Of a DNA stretch of 64,000 bases, positions 11,643-25,806 are shown piece after piece (position 1 is the stretch's first letter; each line of letters opens with the position of its first letter). The position numbers were made by a program, and so were the translations under genes. The stretch is taken from positions 557,139 to 621,138 of the forward strand of contig JAHLTZ010000014.1 of the NCBI GenBank assembly GCA_025786725.1, written 5' to 3'. A model generated the notes under the pieces. It was not told where the DNA came from. It worked only from the letters and a program-made list of their open reading frames with translations, and made no database searches. The DNA comes from Syncephalis fuscata S228 (lineage: Eukaryota > Fungi > Zoopagomycota).

Positions 11643-13232
11643 ATGGCATTTCTAGTAATAAATCATTTCATCCAATTCCAGCGATATTCAATTAAAACCA
11701 ACAAACTGTACACTAATTCTCTAGTTGCCATGAGCTCTTTGCCTAGTGTGCTGCCACAAACTAGTAGATTGTCGATACTAGTAAATCATATTCCAACTAG
11801 TGATCTGCATTTATTTGTTTCATATCTCGGTAATACTGCGATTAAACTGATTCTGTGTTGTCGTTCGTTATATAAAAGCATTAGAAATAACTATTCTTTA
11901 TGGAAACGCCTGTATCATTATCAGTTTCTCGCTAGTTTAAACAAAGTCAAAGAGTGGGATTTCGTCTACTGGTGTGCTCGAGATCAATTTAAAACTGACC
12001 TGATGCCAATTAAATCGTCATTAATTCTGAACAATCTCGATTGGTTTGATGTCTATCGCTGTCGTGTGCTAACCGAACGTAATTGGCGTTATGATCGCTC
12101 AAAACGTACAGAAACACCGTGTCCATGCATTTGCGAATACGTAGAATTGTATAACTCTCAAGTGCGTGGAACGGCTGTGACATTTTTTACTATATACAAA
12201 ACTCTTAGTGATCATGTTCAAAGTGGAGTCATGCTAACAGAAACTACGGCATTTACATCCAACGCAGACCAATCTAAACTACAAAAAACGACAATTAATA
12301 TGTTGATGCCAGCAGTGAAATTAGTAGAGCAACCGGGAATACATGAAAAACCAGAAGTACATATGAGTGAACAATTTGTAATTGCAGTGCTGAGTATTAG
12401 CCACCACTCCGTAATAAAAGTATATACGCGTAAAGACTATAAGCTGCGCTATACCATATCGTTATGCAATAATCCCAGATTTCTTGCAATCCAGGGCCAA
12501 TGGGCATTATTTATGTATGTAAATAGACAAACGAATGCGCAAACGTTGCTTATGGCGTGGAATTTGGAGCAAAATCAAGAATACTTCATAAAACTTGATA
12601 TAAAATTAGAAGACGCGTATATTTACGATGCAACCGGTAATACAATGCTGGTTTACACCGCACACATTATTGACTATCAGCATGGCATAGTCGAATGGAA
12701 TATGTACCAATTTTCAAAAGGTAACTCGGTAAAATGACAAAAGCGAGGGCAACTGCAATTAAGACTTCAGCTTAACAGCTTTCTTATTACAACAGCGGAA
12801 TTTGGCCGTATGCAATTTAGCGTAAACTCCAAAAAATGCCATCAGGCAATCTTTCTACATACACTGCTATTAGCAAAAAATTCGAGTATCCAATCGGATA
12901 AATTGCACGTAATACCACAAGAAATTGTAAATACTGTATATTGGAGTGGCGTTTATAGCCAAGTATTTACAGAGCAAGAAGATAAGCTGGTTTTTAAGAA
13001 CAAGTCACGCTGGTCGATGGTCTGTAAATATAATCACATTATTGGTAATATTTTTTTCATTTCTAGTCTACAAGGCAACGGCCTACAGCATTTCTTAATG
13101 GATGCAAGCAGCGAAGAAATAGTGAAAGACTTTAAAAATACTGGTATAAGAGATTATTCCAAAATTCTGACAACCGGCATTTCAACATCAACCAAGTCTA
13201 TAATAACAATGTTTAATTATGGCTCTGCCTAA
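11643..13232 (+). pseudogene. Intronless F-box-like, beta-rich protein interrupted by one in-frame TGA (12735-12737)
   Basis: ORFs 11643..12737 and 12810..13232 are in the same frame with no other stop between them. The N-terminus (LHLFVSYL...LILCCRSLYKSI...LWKRLY) and DWFDVYRCR..TERNWR resemble F-box proteins. Confidence 0.55.
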
Positions 13233-13830
13233 ATCGAGTAAGAATGTGCACTGGATTATGTACTTGCATATATATATATATATATATATTACTTATTCAA
13301 CTTTAATTATTTGTTAATGTAAATCTAAAGCATTACTAAAATAAAATGATAAAACAATCTTGTTAATATAATTTTTACTAGTTTAGCGTAGAATATTCAA
13401 TATCAATATTTCTACGACAAAAAGCAAGAATGATTGGCTAAAAAGATAACATTTTAAATTATTAAATCTAATAACCGACTATACGGAAGTGTAATACGTG
13501 TTATTATTGATATGTAGATAAAATCACTCAACAATTTAATAATACGCTGCAATAATACAGAATCAATTTTAAATATCCATTTTGTATCACAGTGTGATTA
13601 TGTGCATCAATTAATTAATTAATAAATTAATCGTCGGTTAAATACCATGCCTATTCCAGATCATAACAACAGTCAACTCTATCACGTCGTCGTTACTTTT
13701 ACTTTCATCAGTGAATCTTTCATTTACTGAATGCCTTTATTACATGTTACTACCTCTGTTACTACTACTACCACACCTTCTAGCATCTAAATTCATTACA
13801 TTGGTCAAGACAATCTAGCTAATTGCTGCC

Positions 13831-16800
13831 ATGCCTTTTCTTGGCGTTTGTCGAGCGGCGTATGATTACGCTAGCCAAGAACAAGATGAGCTCGATTTAC
13901 AGCAAAATGACGTTTGCTATATACTGGAGAGGGTGGATGCTGATTGGTGGCGGGTAAGAAGAAAGACAGCTGACGATGAAGCGGCCGGTGAAGTAGACGG
14001 TATTGTGCCTAGTTCTTATTTGGAAGAAGTAAGTATAAATGAGTTATTTTATTGTAGATAACCATACGATACGATTAAATGGTATGTGCATGTATATTTA
14101 TATTAATACAGATGCCAGCCATTGGATCAGTACAGGCCATCTATCCTTATGAAGCCACGAACGACGAAGAGTTGACGATGGCAGACGATGATATATTGGA
14201 GACGCTGAATACAGAGGACCCCGACTGGATATTGGTTAGAAAGCACGAGGAGGCCGGATTTGTCCCTGCCAGTTATGTTCAATCAGTCACGCTTCCAAGC
14301 CACGCGGATAATAGCAACAGTAATAATAATATATCGGCCACAGAGCATATGGCGCCAGAAGAGGTAGTAGAAGCTGAACCACACCCTATGGTGAGTAACT
14401 CGTGCCAATTTAAATGGAATATTATAATTAAGTTAAAATTACATATACAATTAAATAATTTAGAAACAAATGCCTCCTAAAATTAAATTGGATGATATTC
14501 AATACTGGGATGTAACGGTATGTTATTTATTTATAGATAGATAGATAGATAGGTAGATATAAGTGAGCAATAGATATTAATATAATAGCAAATAAATAGG
14601 AAATGGAAAAGAAGAAGAAAACGAAAAAGAAAGGCCGATTAGGCATTGGCAATGGACTTGTCATTTATGCCAGTAAAAGCGATAAAGTAAAACTATAATA
14701 TTTGTAATTAGTAGTATGTATTGATTAGTATACTTATTAATAGGCACCAGTTCAACAATGGCCAGTTCAAAATATTGTATCTTGTCAACATGATGGCAAA
14801 CATGTGACGTTTAATATTAACGGTACTCCACCACAAATTGAATTTCATACTGGACATAAATCCGATGGAGAGGCAATTATGACAAAGGTAGTAAATGGTC
14901 AGCAGTTATGGCGAGAAGCACAAGCATCGATGCAAACAACAGCCGCAGTAAATAATGAGCAACATTACAAACACCGTCAATTATGACAAATGCTCCTAGT
15001 GCTGTAGAGGCAGCTATACCAATTGAACCAGAGCCCGCTATTGTTATTTATGACTTTGAAGCACAAGATAGTGATGAATTAACTGTTAAGGAGGGAGATA
15101 AAGTCTGGATATTAAATCCATCACAAGAAGAAGAGTGGTGGCAATGTCAGATCACTGACTCTACTACTGGAGAACAGCGTACTGGTGTTGTGCCATCAAG
15201 CTATCTGCAAGTAAGTGTCAATTAAATATATAATGTAATAAAATGTAGATTAGTTAACTAACTATTTATTCATTGATTGAATTAGATGGTAACTGTAGTA
15301 GAAGGTGAATCAGAAGAAGCGGCCGAACAATCGGCTGATATTTCTACTAAACATATACAATCTGCAGCGACTACGGCAGCTCCTATTCCGCCAGCACCTC
15401 CATTACCGCCTACAAATGCCAATATACCACCAGCACCTCCATTACCGCCTACAGATGCTAATATACCTCCGGCTCCTCCGCTACCTCCGCCACCGTCTAA
15501 CAATACTAGTATCCCGCCTGCACCACCATTGCCGCCTTCACTATCCAACAAGAATGACAGTATACCGCCTGCGCCACCTCTACCGCCGCCACCGCCCAAT
15601 AACGCTAGTATACCACCTGCACCACCATTGCCACCAGTAATCCAGACTCCAGTGCCTACAATAGCTTCTCAACCACCCAAAGCACAAAGCACGCTGTCAA
15701 CAACAGCAACTAAAGTAGCACAGAATCAAATGGCAGTTGCAGCATTTAATTTCATACCTGAAAATGACGATGAGTTACGACTTCAAGAAGGCGATCAAGT
15801 AATTATTCTCGATTCAGTTAGCAGTGATGAGTGGTGGCACTGCAGAGTCATTACTGGACATCAGCCAGGTCAAGAAGGCGTAGTACCGGCCAATTACTTA
15901 CAGATAGCTGATATGGAGGCCATTAGTCGCCAAACAACACCAACTATGCCAGCTAGTCCAAAAGAGACTATTTCAGCACCTGTTACAACAACAACAGCGT
16001 CCATTCCAGCACCGCCACCTTTACCTATTCCTACTACTTCCGCTGCCACTGCTACAGAAACTGTTCGACCAGGTAATTATGTACATTAGCAAATACTGTT
16101 TTTATTAATAATCGGGTAAACAAATGTTAATTTTACTTTTTACAGCTCCACCAGTGCAGCCTGATTTGCCACAGCGACCAGTGCAGCCTGATTTGCCACA
16201 ACGGCCAGTGCAGCCGGCATTAGCTGTTCCAGGTAATAATAATTGTATTCATATTATTTATAGATAACTTATTAGTATTATAATAATAGCATCACCAAGT
16301 ACCAGAACACCAACTAAAGCTAAACCAAGTAGGTGCTACATTTATTATTGTAGTAATTATATTAATTATAGCATTTTATTATAACAGAGGTATTACCCAA
16401 GACAACACGAGCCTGGAAGGATCGTACAGGCACATTTGAAGTTAATGCTGAATTCCTTCGACTTGATGATGGCAAAGTACATTTACATAAAGAAAACGGC
16501 GTCAAGATTGCCGTACCACTTGATAAACTAAGTGAAACCGATGTAGAATACGTACAACGTGTTACGGGTCAGGCATCAGATCGACCTGGATCACCATTAC
16601 CGGCTGCATCCACGCCTGCTGTTGTACCGCCACCATCTCAAACACCGGCTGCTCCACCAGTATCGGCACCCAGACCACCACCAGCACCACCTATTGCTGT
16701 AACACCGGCAACTAGTGCAGCACCTGTAGTTACAGCAGCACCAAAACCAGCCTACGAAGCCAAACGATACAATGCCGACTTTGACTGGTTCGACTTCTTC

Positions 16801-18888
16801 TTTACTGCTGGTATTGATCAAGTGGATGCAGCTCGATATGCCAGAACATTTACCAAGGAACGACTCGATGATAGTGCTATATCGAGTATGTCACCGGATA
16901 TGCTACGTCAAATGGGTCTAGCCCAAGGTGATATTGGACGCGTAGGTCGATTTGTCAATTCAGGTCAAATTAAAGAAAGTATGCCAAAGACACAAGTGGA
17001 AAAAGACGAAGAATTTGCACGCCGCCTTCAGGTAATCTATTCGGTATTAGCACTAACTATATTAATATACTAATACATAATATATTAATATATTAATATA
17101 TATTTATAGGATGAAGAATATGGCGTTGTGTCACCAAAGCCACCTCCATCACTTACTCGTGTATCCTCAGTGGGCACTACATCTACTTCAACCACTGCCA
17201 CCGATAACAAGGATCCATATGCTCATCTATCATTAGTGATTAAATCTGATGCTAATTCAGCCAAATCATCATCATCTAATGCATTTGATTTGGATTCCAA
17301 TTTACGTCGATCAAGTAAGTGTACTGATGTTTGGTAGTCTTTATTTAACATATCACCTACTTTATATTAGTTAAACGACCATCACCTAATACAGCAGCCC
17401 CTAGCCGTGTTGATCCTAATGCACTTCGTCAACATACAACGAGTGGTTACAGCTCACAATTTGAAGATGATGCAGCGTGGCTACCATCTAAGCCGCCACC
17501 TAGTGAAAATAAAACAACCACTCAGAGTCCAATGAATCTATTCTCGTCATATACCACTAGTGGCACTTCTAGCAATGCTATGGTTGCCTACACACCACCA
17601 TCAGCTTCAACTGCCCAGGCTGCTCCAGCTGCTCCTCCACCGTTACCGCCACCACGTAGAATTAATCTACAAGAGGTACTGCCACCGCCATTAGTACCTA
17701 CATCAAGTCCTGCATTAGGACAAGGTCTTGGATTTGTACCGACTCATTCACGTCGACCACCACCACCACCACCTCAAGCTGCCATTGCACCACCACTATC
17801 GTCGGCTATGATGCACAATACAGGTGGCTATCCAGCTGCTTATGCTCCTTCTAGAATGGATGGATTTACTCCAGTGAATACTTTAATGAATTCACAAATA
17901 ATGCCAGCACAGAATATATCTAATATATCTAATAATAATGATCATTTGGCACTTATGCTAACACGACGAGCTCCACCACCACCACCACCCCAGCAACAAC
18001 AGCCATTTTCATCATTTCATCCTCAGCCATCAAGTGGTGCCTTCAACCACTATACCGGTCAAGGTCAGAGTGGTGGAGGTGCATCATTAAATACACTATC
18101 CCATCGACCACCACCGCCACCGCCACCTATGGCTTCATCGTCAGCCTTGGTGTTGGCATCTAATAACATAAATAACATGAATAATAGTTACCGGCCATCA
18201 GTAAATAACTTTATGCCACCATCTTCATTACAAAGACCGACACCGGTAGATAACCCATTTGTGGTTCATCGGCCTACACCACCAGTGCCTCGTGGTGGCT
18301 CTAATATATCCACATTATGGGCTCAGCCTAGTAAGTACTATACGTTTATTCATAACTAGTCATTGATATGTTATATGTTATATGTTATCTATAGAAAATA
18401 GGCCAAATCCTTTAACATCGACCAACTTTTCCCAATCTCCTGGTGGTGGTATTACAATGACAACCACATCCATAAGTAGTTTTGGACCAAAACCTCCTCC
18501 AATGCAGATGGGCACTACAATGTTGAATCAGCCACCTACGTATTCTACCAATATAGGTGGTGGCTATAATAATACATTTATATCACACCAACCCCCTATG
18601 AATACTATGAATACTATGACTCAGTCGTATGGACCACCAGCCAATGGATCTATGATGATGATGTCATCAACAGGTGGCCCCGTCAATATGAACTACAACG
18701 CCATGAATATGAATCCATCAGATCGATATGCGGTATTACAACAGATACAGTCACAACCACTGCAACAAGGTGCCCAGATTCTGAATCCAGCCAATCCGAA
18801 CTACTATCAGCAACAACAGCAACAACAGCAACAACAGCAACAGTACCCACCCAATCGACAACAACCGTATGGTGGATATCCATTTTAG
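13831..18888 (+). CDS. SLA1: Sla1-like endocytic adaptor (4 SH3, PH-like, SHD1, SAM-like SHD2, Pro-rich tail)
   Basis: MPFLGVCRAAYDY (SH3), several further SH3 domains, SHD1 (RAWKDRTGTFEVNAEFL...GKVHLHKENGVKIAVPLDKLSETDVEYV) and SHD2 (DWFDFFFTAGI...YARTF..ERLD). Apparent 1-nt deletion near 14960. Confidence 0.88.
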
Positions 18889-19011
18889 GCAATTCCTCTA
18901 TGAATAAAATGACGTTGCTATTTGCTTCGTGTCTAATTTACCACTAGTTGTTACTTTTCATTCTATTTCATTTTATTTGGCTTGTTTCTATTTCTATATT
19001 GATAGTAAACT

Positions 19012-21144
19012 ATGGCATCACTTTATACTGTATACCCAACATTAGCTGCGGCTTCAGACAAGCATCCAAAGCCGGCCACTACGGTATTTGCTTATGGTAC
19101 GGCGGGCTTTCGTATGAAGTAAGTGGTTGTAGATGATAGACGTATGTGCTTAAATGTCCAAATTAGAGCCGACCTACTTGATTCGGTTATTTTCAGAGCA
19201 GGTGTATTGGCTGCATTACGCTCTAAAAAGTTATCTGGTCAATGTATTGGTGTCATGATTACCGCATCCCATAATCCAGCTCGCGTAAGTAGTGTTTATT
19301 CATTGGTGTATTTATTAACAAACAATAATGCTGTACTATGATAGGATAATGGTATTAAATTAGTGGATCCCATGGGTGAGATGCTTGAGCAGTCATGGGA
19401 AGCCTATGCCACTCAATTGGCCAATGCATCAACCACTGATGAGTTTACAAGTGCCGTTGAGCAGATTATACAAGTAACCCGTGTTGATCTAAGTCAACCA
19501 TCTCGAGTGATTTATGCTCGTGATACGCGGTAAGTATTAATAGGTATATCAGTAGTTATATCGATAATAATGGATTATTTTATTAGGCCAAGTGGACCGG
19601 CATTGGTAGCAGCACTTGTTGATGGTCTAGTCGCCCTTGAAGTGCAACATACTGATTATGGTGTGCTATCGACCCCACAACTTCATTATCTTGTACGATG
19701 CATCAATACAAGTAATACCAATGATGCTTATGGAGAACCAACTGAGGCTGGCTACTATGCAAAATTGTCCAAGGCTTTTGTTAAGCTAGTAGTAAGTAAT
19801 ATGAATAGTGTTTATTAATGTTTATATTTATGTGTATGTGTATTAATAGGAAGGTAAACGTCGCCTACCGAGCTTCCAAGTTGATTGTGCCAATGGCGTT
19901 GGCGCACCCAAACTACGAGAACTCGCTCAAGCTATTGGAGAAACCCACATTGATGTATCCGTGGTGAATGACCATATTGACGCTGCTGAACGTCTTAATG
20001 ATCAGGTAATATCTATTATAACAATAATCAATAACATTAATAACAATGGACTAACTGTGTATATGTGTATATGTTTATATAGTGCGGTGCTGATTACGTA
20101 AAACCAATCAACAAAGTCCGCCCAATGTTGAGATGCAGTTAAACCAGCGCTATGCCTCATTGGATGGTGATGCTGACCGTATTGTCTATTATTACAAAGG
20201 AGAAGGTAAGTAAATAGCTAATACTAGTGGTGTATTTACTATTGTTTCTAATTGGTCTATTACTAATATTTGTATAAATAGATGGCGTATTCCATCTTTT
20301 AGATGGTGATAAGATCTCGGGATTGGCTGCCATGTTCTTTAAGGATTTGATACAATCCGCTAATCTTGATAATATTCAAGTGGGCGTGGTACAGACAGCT
20401 ATGCCAATGGCAGTTCTACTAGTTATCTTAAAAATGGCCTGGTAATTGATATAAACGTATTTGGCACTAAATAACTAATAAGCATTATTAGCAAGTACCT
20501 GTGTCTTGTGTACAGACAGGTGTCAAGCATTTGCATCATGAAGCTGAAAAATACGATATTGGTGTTTATTTTGAAGCCAATGGACATGGTACTGTGCTGT
20601 TTAGTCCAGTTGCTTTACATGCTATCCATAATACACAAGGGTAATATAATTGTTTTATAGTTTTATTAACGTATAACTGACATGTTGAATTAGAGAACGC
20701 CCAACACAAGTACTGGCTATTGAGCAACTACGTGCTTTGACCGAACTGATTAACCAGACAGTTGGTGATGCACTTTCGGATCTACTTCTTGTTGAGACGA
20801 TTCTTACACATAAACAATGGACACCTGCACAATGGGACCATGCCTATACCGATTTGCCTAGTCGATTGGTGCGTGTTGTTGTAAAGAATCGCGGTATTTT
20901 CGAAACTACCAATGCCGACCAGCAGTTAACATCGCCAGCCAACTTACAAGCACTTATCGATGCAACCGTGGCAAAGTTTACGCTTGGCCGCTCGTTTGTT
21001 CGTCCATCCGGTACTGAAGATGTGGTGCGAGTCTATGCCGAGGCTGCTACACGCCATGAATGCGATGAACTGGCCTTCCGTGTGGCCGGTATTGTATTCG
21101 ACAATGGTGGTGGTGTTGGTGAACGCCCAGCTGAATTTCTCTAA
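19012..21144 (+). CDS. PCM1: Phosphoacetylglucosamine mutase (AGM1/PGM3)
   Basis: Motifs [39 protein letters not shown] and [19 protein letters not shown]. Two 1-nt deletions at about 20100 and 20400. Confidence 0.95.
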
Positions 21145-21415
21145 GATTTATGCCTAATTAATCGCTAAAGTGACAAAAAGGCTAAATAAATCTTAATTAC
21201 CCATTAAATAAGCCATTGTATTAGTGATAGCAACAAACCATTGCTCCAAAATTAAGGAGATAGATGTTGATGGCTGCTTATCAGTACAGACTATTATCGC
21301 TCGTGTGATTGGATCGGCTTTTATTTATGTGCCCCAACCGTTTACAAGCGACTTTCTCTGTTTATTCTTGTATTCTCGTTCATATACAACTATTTGCTCT
21401 GACCTATAGACCACT

Positions 21416-22115
21416 ATGGCTACCAGTGCAGTTACTCGACGTTTACTAAAGGAATTGCACGAGCTGTCTCGTGATCGCGATACTTCACCTGAACTGGCGC
21501 GATTAGAACCAGTCACGGATGACAATTTGCTCGTTTGGCAAGCTATTCTATGTGGACCGCAAGGCTCGCCCTACGAAGGTAGGCTCAAGTGTTATTGATA
21601 GCTTTATAGCTGTATATAGTTACGTGCAATGCGTCTAATACTTGGAATAAAGGCGGTCAGTTTAAATTGCGCATTCAGATACCTGAACGATATCCGTTGC
21701 AGCCACCCCATATTGAGTTTATTACGCGTATATGCCATCCAAATGTGCGATTCACGGCAAGTATAAGCGCGATAGTCAATCTATTGCTTATTCGCAACAA
21801 TAGAATTTATAATAGTAATATGGTACTAATTATAAGTGATTTAGACTGGTGAGATTTGTTTGGATATATTAAAGACGGCTTGGAGTCCGGCTTGGACGTT
21901 AAGATCGACTTGTTTGGCCATTGCTCTACTGTTAAATCATCCCGAGCCCAGCAGTCCGTTAAATGTCGATGCCGGTAAATATAGTCATTTAACATGTGTG
22001 CATTTAATCATACTTTTTATTTTTATTAGCCAATTTATTACGATGTGGTGACCATTTGGGCTACCACTCATTGGTACATATGTATACGGTGCGTTATGCC
22101 ATGTCACAGCTATAA
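21416..22115 (+). CDS. PEX4: Ubiquitin-conjugating E2, peroxin-4 type
   Basis: RRLLKEL...[11 protein letters not shown]...YPLQPP...[29 protein letters not shown]...[19 protein letters not shown]. One GC-AG intron at about 21757. Confidence 0.8.
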
Positions 22116-23339
22116 CATTGTGTAGATGCCTCACGGTCAATAGTAGTACAAGTGTGGTTTAATAGAGATTACAAGTTTTAGTCATAAAATATGGCTAAGA
22201 AAATAATACCTATGATCAAGTGCATAATGTTTGCATTTAAACGCCTTTAAAATTATTTTAACACATTTTAATTAATATTGTTTAATGGTTTATTTTGATT
22301 GATATTAAAAATGAATTTAAAAGTATTTGAAAAGAAAGAAAAATACAATTTATTAAAATATGAAGGAGTCACCAATCAGTAAAGAATTGTAGGCATTTGC
22401 ATGGTGGCATTGATGATTAGTTTATATTTTATTATAAAATGAGCAAATTATATGTGTATTTATATTGGTGCATGCTACACAGATATCCAAATATATATAT
22501 GTATGTCAAGCAATCTTCAAAAGCTCCATGTTTTTTTGAATTTAATATAATATTTATTGTTTAAGGTACATTTATACAAGCAGAATAACGCACACAAAGC
22601 TGTTTGTAATCACTAATAAAATAATCAATGCGTAATTGTCATGCAGGCAAAGACCTTACACGATTTACAAAGTGGCTAGTCAGCATTACTACGTAAACGG
22701 CTAAATTATTACTGACAGCACTTATAGTAATATGCAATGTATATATGATGCATTGCAATATCAATCCGATAATCATATACTGGTGTTGATATAACAACAA
22801 ATGTTTAAACAGTTTACGACATCAATGCACAACCCATTGCTTTATTATCAGCGATGCTATTGTGCAACATCTAATAATTAGTATCAATAATAGATTGTTA
22901 ACGATATAGCTGGCAGTAGCAATTGACAGCATGACGTTAACATGAGCTGTTTATTTATATAGTCAAACGACAATGTCAAATTAAATGCATGAGTGAGCCA
23001 ATTAATATATATTCATTACTTAAAAACTATAACTAGTTTATGCACCATAATATATACTTGTGAAGAAGTACAAGTCTGATGCACTAGTTTTGTTGCTGCA
23101 TCGGTGTTAGATGGTGTTTAGAATGCATGCAGATATTAAGGATTGGGATTGCCGGTGAAAGTAACAGTAAAGATGTAGTGATGTTTTTAAAATGCAATGT
23201 TTTTAAAGGTACTTTGCGATAATTACCAAAGTATAAATAAAATAAAATTATAATAATCTTTAATTATGAGGAGAGTACCTTATAATGATGTAGCTATCAT
23301 GAAAATGATTTGTATATAAAGCCATTGTGTATACAAAAT

Positions 23340-24650
23340 GAGTTTATATAAGCCATCAAGTAGATATGCTGTTATTAGTTCACATCGCGCATAAATGGCA
23401 TAGTCTATACACATAGCATATTGGTATCTCAGCATAACCATAGAGTTAAATATCTCACACAATATACACAATTAGCTAGCTGTATTACTACCACATTCTA
23501 TCCCCCCCGTTAAATACCCGCCACCTTATACTATTGCACTCTATTGCTATTCTACTGCTTGTTTCAACAAATCACTATTACTATAAAGCTTTATATCATC
23601 GTTATCTACATCATAGTCGTGGTCTTTATGGTCAACATTTCTATTATAGATACTACGCCAGCTCTAATCCGTCGTGGTACTGAATTTCTTAAGCAATGTT
23701 GAGAAATCAAACCAACACTGGTAAGATTAAGGAACGTGGATAAGACACGAGAACAATAAAACAAAACTTAATAAAAGAATTGGAGTAGGGATAATGCCGA
23801 TGTCTATTATTACGGAAGTTATGCGTATTTATACTAACTGATTAAAATATCCACGCATATTTTAAGTAATCAACGTTGTACATGAGTACGTCGTTGATTC
23901 TCATATTAAAAATAGCTCGCGTTACAGTATGTTGCAATAACAAGAAATATTTGATAATATTATATTTATTAAAATTATGTCTAATTATTGTGATTATTAG
24001 CCAGTAAGTCGTGATTATATTTGCTTATTGATGTTTTAATTAATGATTGCTTATTAATATATACTGTGTAATCAACACCATTTGGTAAGAGTAAACTTAA
24101 CATTAAACAATAAATTAAATGTTACATTAAAATATTAATATCCTAATTTAATTAATAAGAGGTAAATCACAATGAAGATTGCTAGCTATTTAACTAAATA
24201 ATTATGTCTAAATTACCAATCTAATGCTACTAGATTGTAAGTGATGCGTATATTAATTAGTTATGCATTAACTGAATGCTATAAACTGCGTGTAGTAATA
24301 TCAATGAGACTTAAGTGGCATTGAGTATAAAGTATGTATTTATAAATACAACGTAATTAAATCTTTCAAAATATTGGCATTGGAAGTGTAATTAAACCGT
24401 TAGTTTGATATGCTTTAAATATAAGCTTGGCAAAAAAGCAAGATAGTTTAGCAACTGCCATCCAGTTCATTCCCATATCAATCTTTATCCAATGCTTCAA
24501 TCCATACACTTTTAACTACTGACTTAATTATATTACAAACAAGCTTGCATTTAGCTGTCTATTCAACTATGTAAACTTGTACTAATAAGTATATGGTTTC
24601 AATTTAAGTATTCATAATCAGATTGCTATGTCTATGATTATGTATGACGT
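23340..24650 (+). pseudogene. Decayed paralog of the micro-exon peptide gene
   Basis: 94-nt exon 1 homolog at 23583-23676 (IKLYIIVIYIIVVVFMVNISIIDTTPALIRR+G|GT; ATG changed to ATA). Residual AG|NNN|GTAAG units at 24001 (CCA) and 24234 (ATT); damaged ones at 23718 and 23916. The 5' flank matches the reverse complement of 10850-11090 and the 3' flank matches that of 8700-8910. Confidence 0.8.
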
Positions 24651-25339
24651 ACACAATAAATATTAATAGCAGACATATATAATTATAACGCATTGCACCA
24701 GCATGAGCCGATTCAATAACAGAAGGCATCATTAGATAGAGGAAGACAAGTAGAGCATAAAATGAAATAGATGAAATTGAACAGCTGAACATTATTTAAT
24801 TGAATATGTGGTATAAAAGTAGTTGCTACTTACTAATTACTATGTTCTGTTTTCTCATGCAAGCATTGCTGGATGCATGGTACAATTTGGATTAAATACT
24901 TGAATCAACAACACTGCAACAAATTTAACTAAGCAATAACAAAATATAGCATAAATACCAATGCTATATTAAGATAGTCATATGCATAAGTATTTGTGTG
25001 CATATCAATGTATATCTTTTATGGCCAGTAGTCATTTGGGCTGAAGACTTAGCCTACGGCATATCTAAATTATTTATATCATAGTATTACTTTTATTAGT
25101 TTTTTGATAATTAAATAAAATTAATATTCTGTAAATCTACATACATATTATCATTTCTGATATATGGTTTATTCGTTTTATTAATAAAATAAAAATAAAA
25201 GTTTGCTAGTAAATCTGATGGTCTCTTTGTTGTTTGATAGAAATGTGCGTATATCTATATTTGAAACAAAATAAAACTTAAATTTAACTAAATTAGAGCT
25301 TCCACAGCATGTGGCCTAAACGTGAAGAGTAAAGCAAGT

Positions 25340-25806
25340 TAATGCTTGATGCGTGTTGCTACAGCTGTTTATAGCTGTAAGGTTGGCAGATAGTTGTGAT
25401 GATATTAATAAATTCGTGGTGTAATTTCCATATTAAAAATAGATTGTAAATAATATTTTGCTTAGCTTTTGGAATATTTTGACTGCATCGGTTGCACTCC
25501 AGTTGACAAAGATGGTAATAGTTTATAAACATGGAATACGCAAATAGCACCCAAATAACATGAGCAACTAACGCTTGGATGGTTTTAGCTATTTGCTTGT
25601 TTTTACAAATGGATTTTACTCTGGTCTTAACTACTGAAGCACTGGAAACTTTATACTTTACTTTGCCGGTGAGCATTGATGCTTTTATGCCAATGTTTCT
25701 AGTGTAATTACAATATTATAAACATATTTAATTAGTTTTTTATCTAAATCATTACATACCTTTTTTAGCTTTGCTTTTTTTACAGGCTGAACTGGATTTA
25801 CGCTTC
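25340..25806 (-). pseudogene. Fanzor N-terminal fragment
   Basis: SVVKTRVKSICKNKQIAKTIQALVAHV..VLFAYSMFINYYHL..LE....IPKAKQNIIYNLF resembles the start of fungal Fanzor1 proteins. It is truncated and has no RuvC downstream. Confidence 0.55.

Noticed and set aside
12735-12737. Selenocysteine or readthrough TGA
   Set aside because: No redox motif or recognisable SECIS; a nonsense mutation or base error is simpler.
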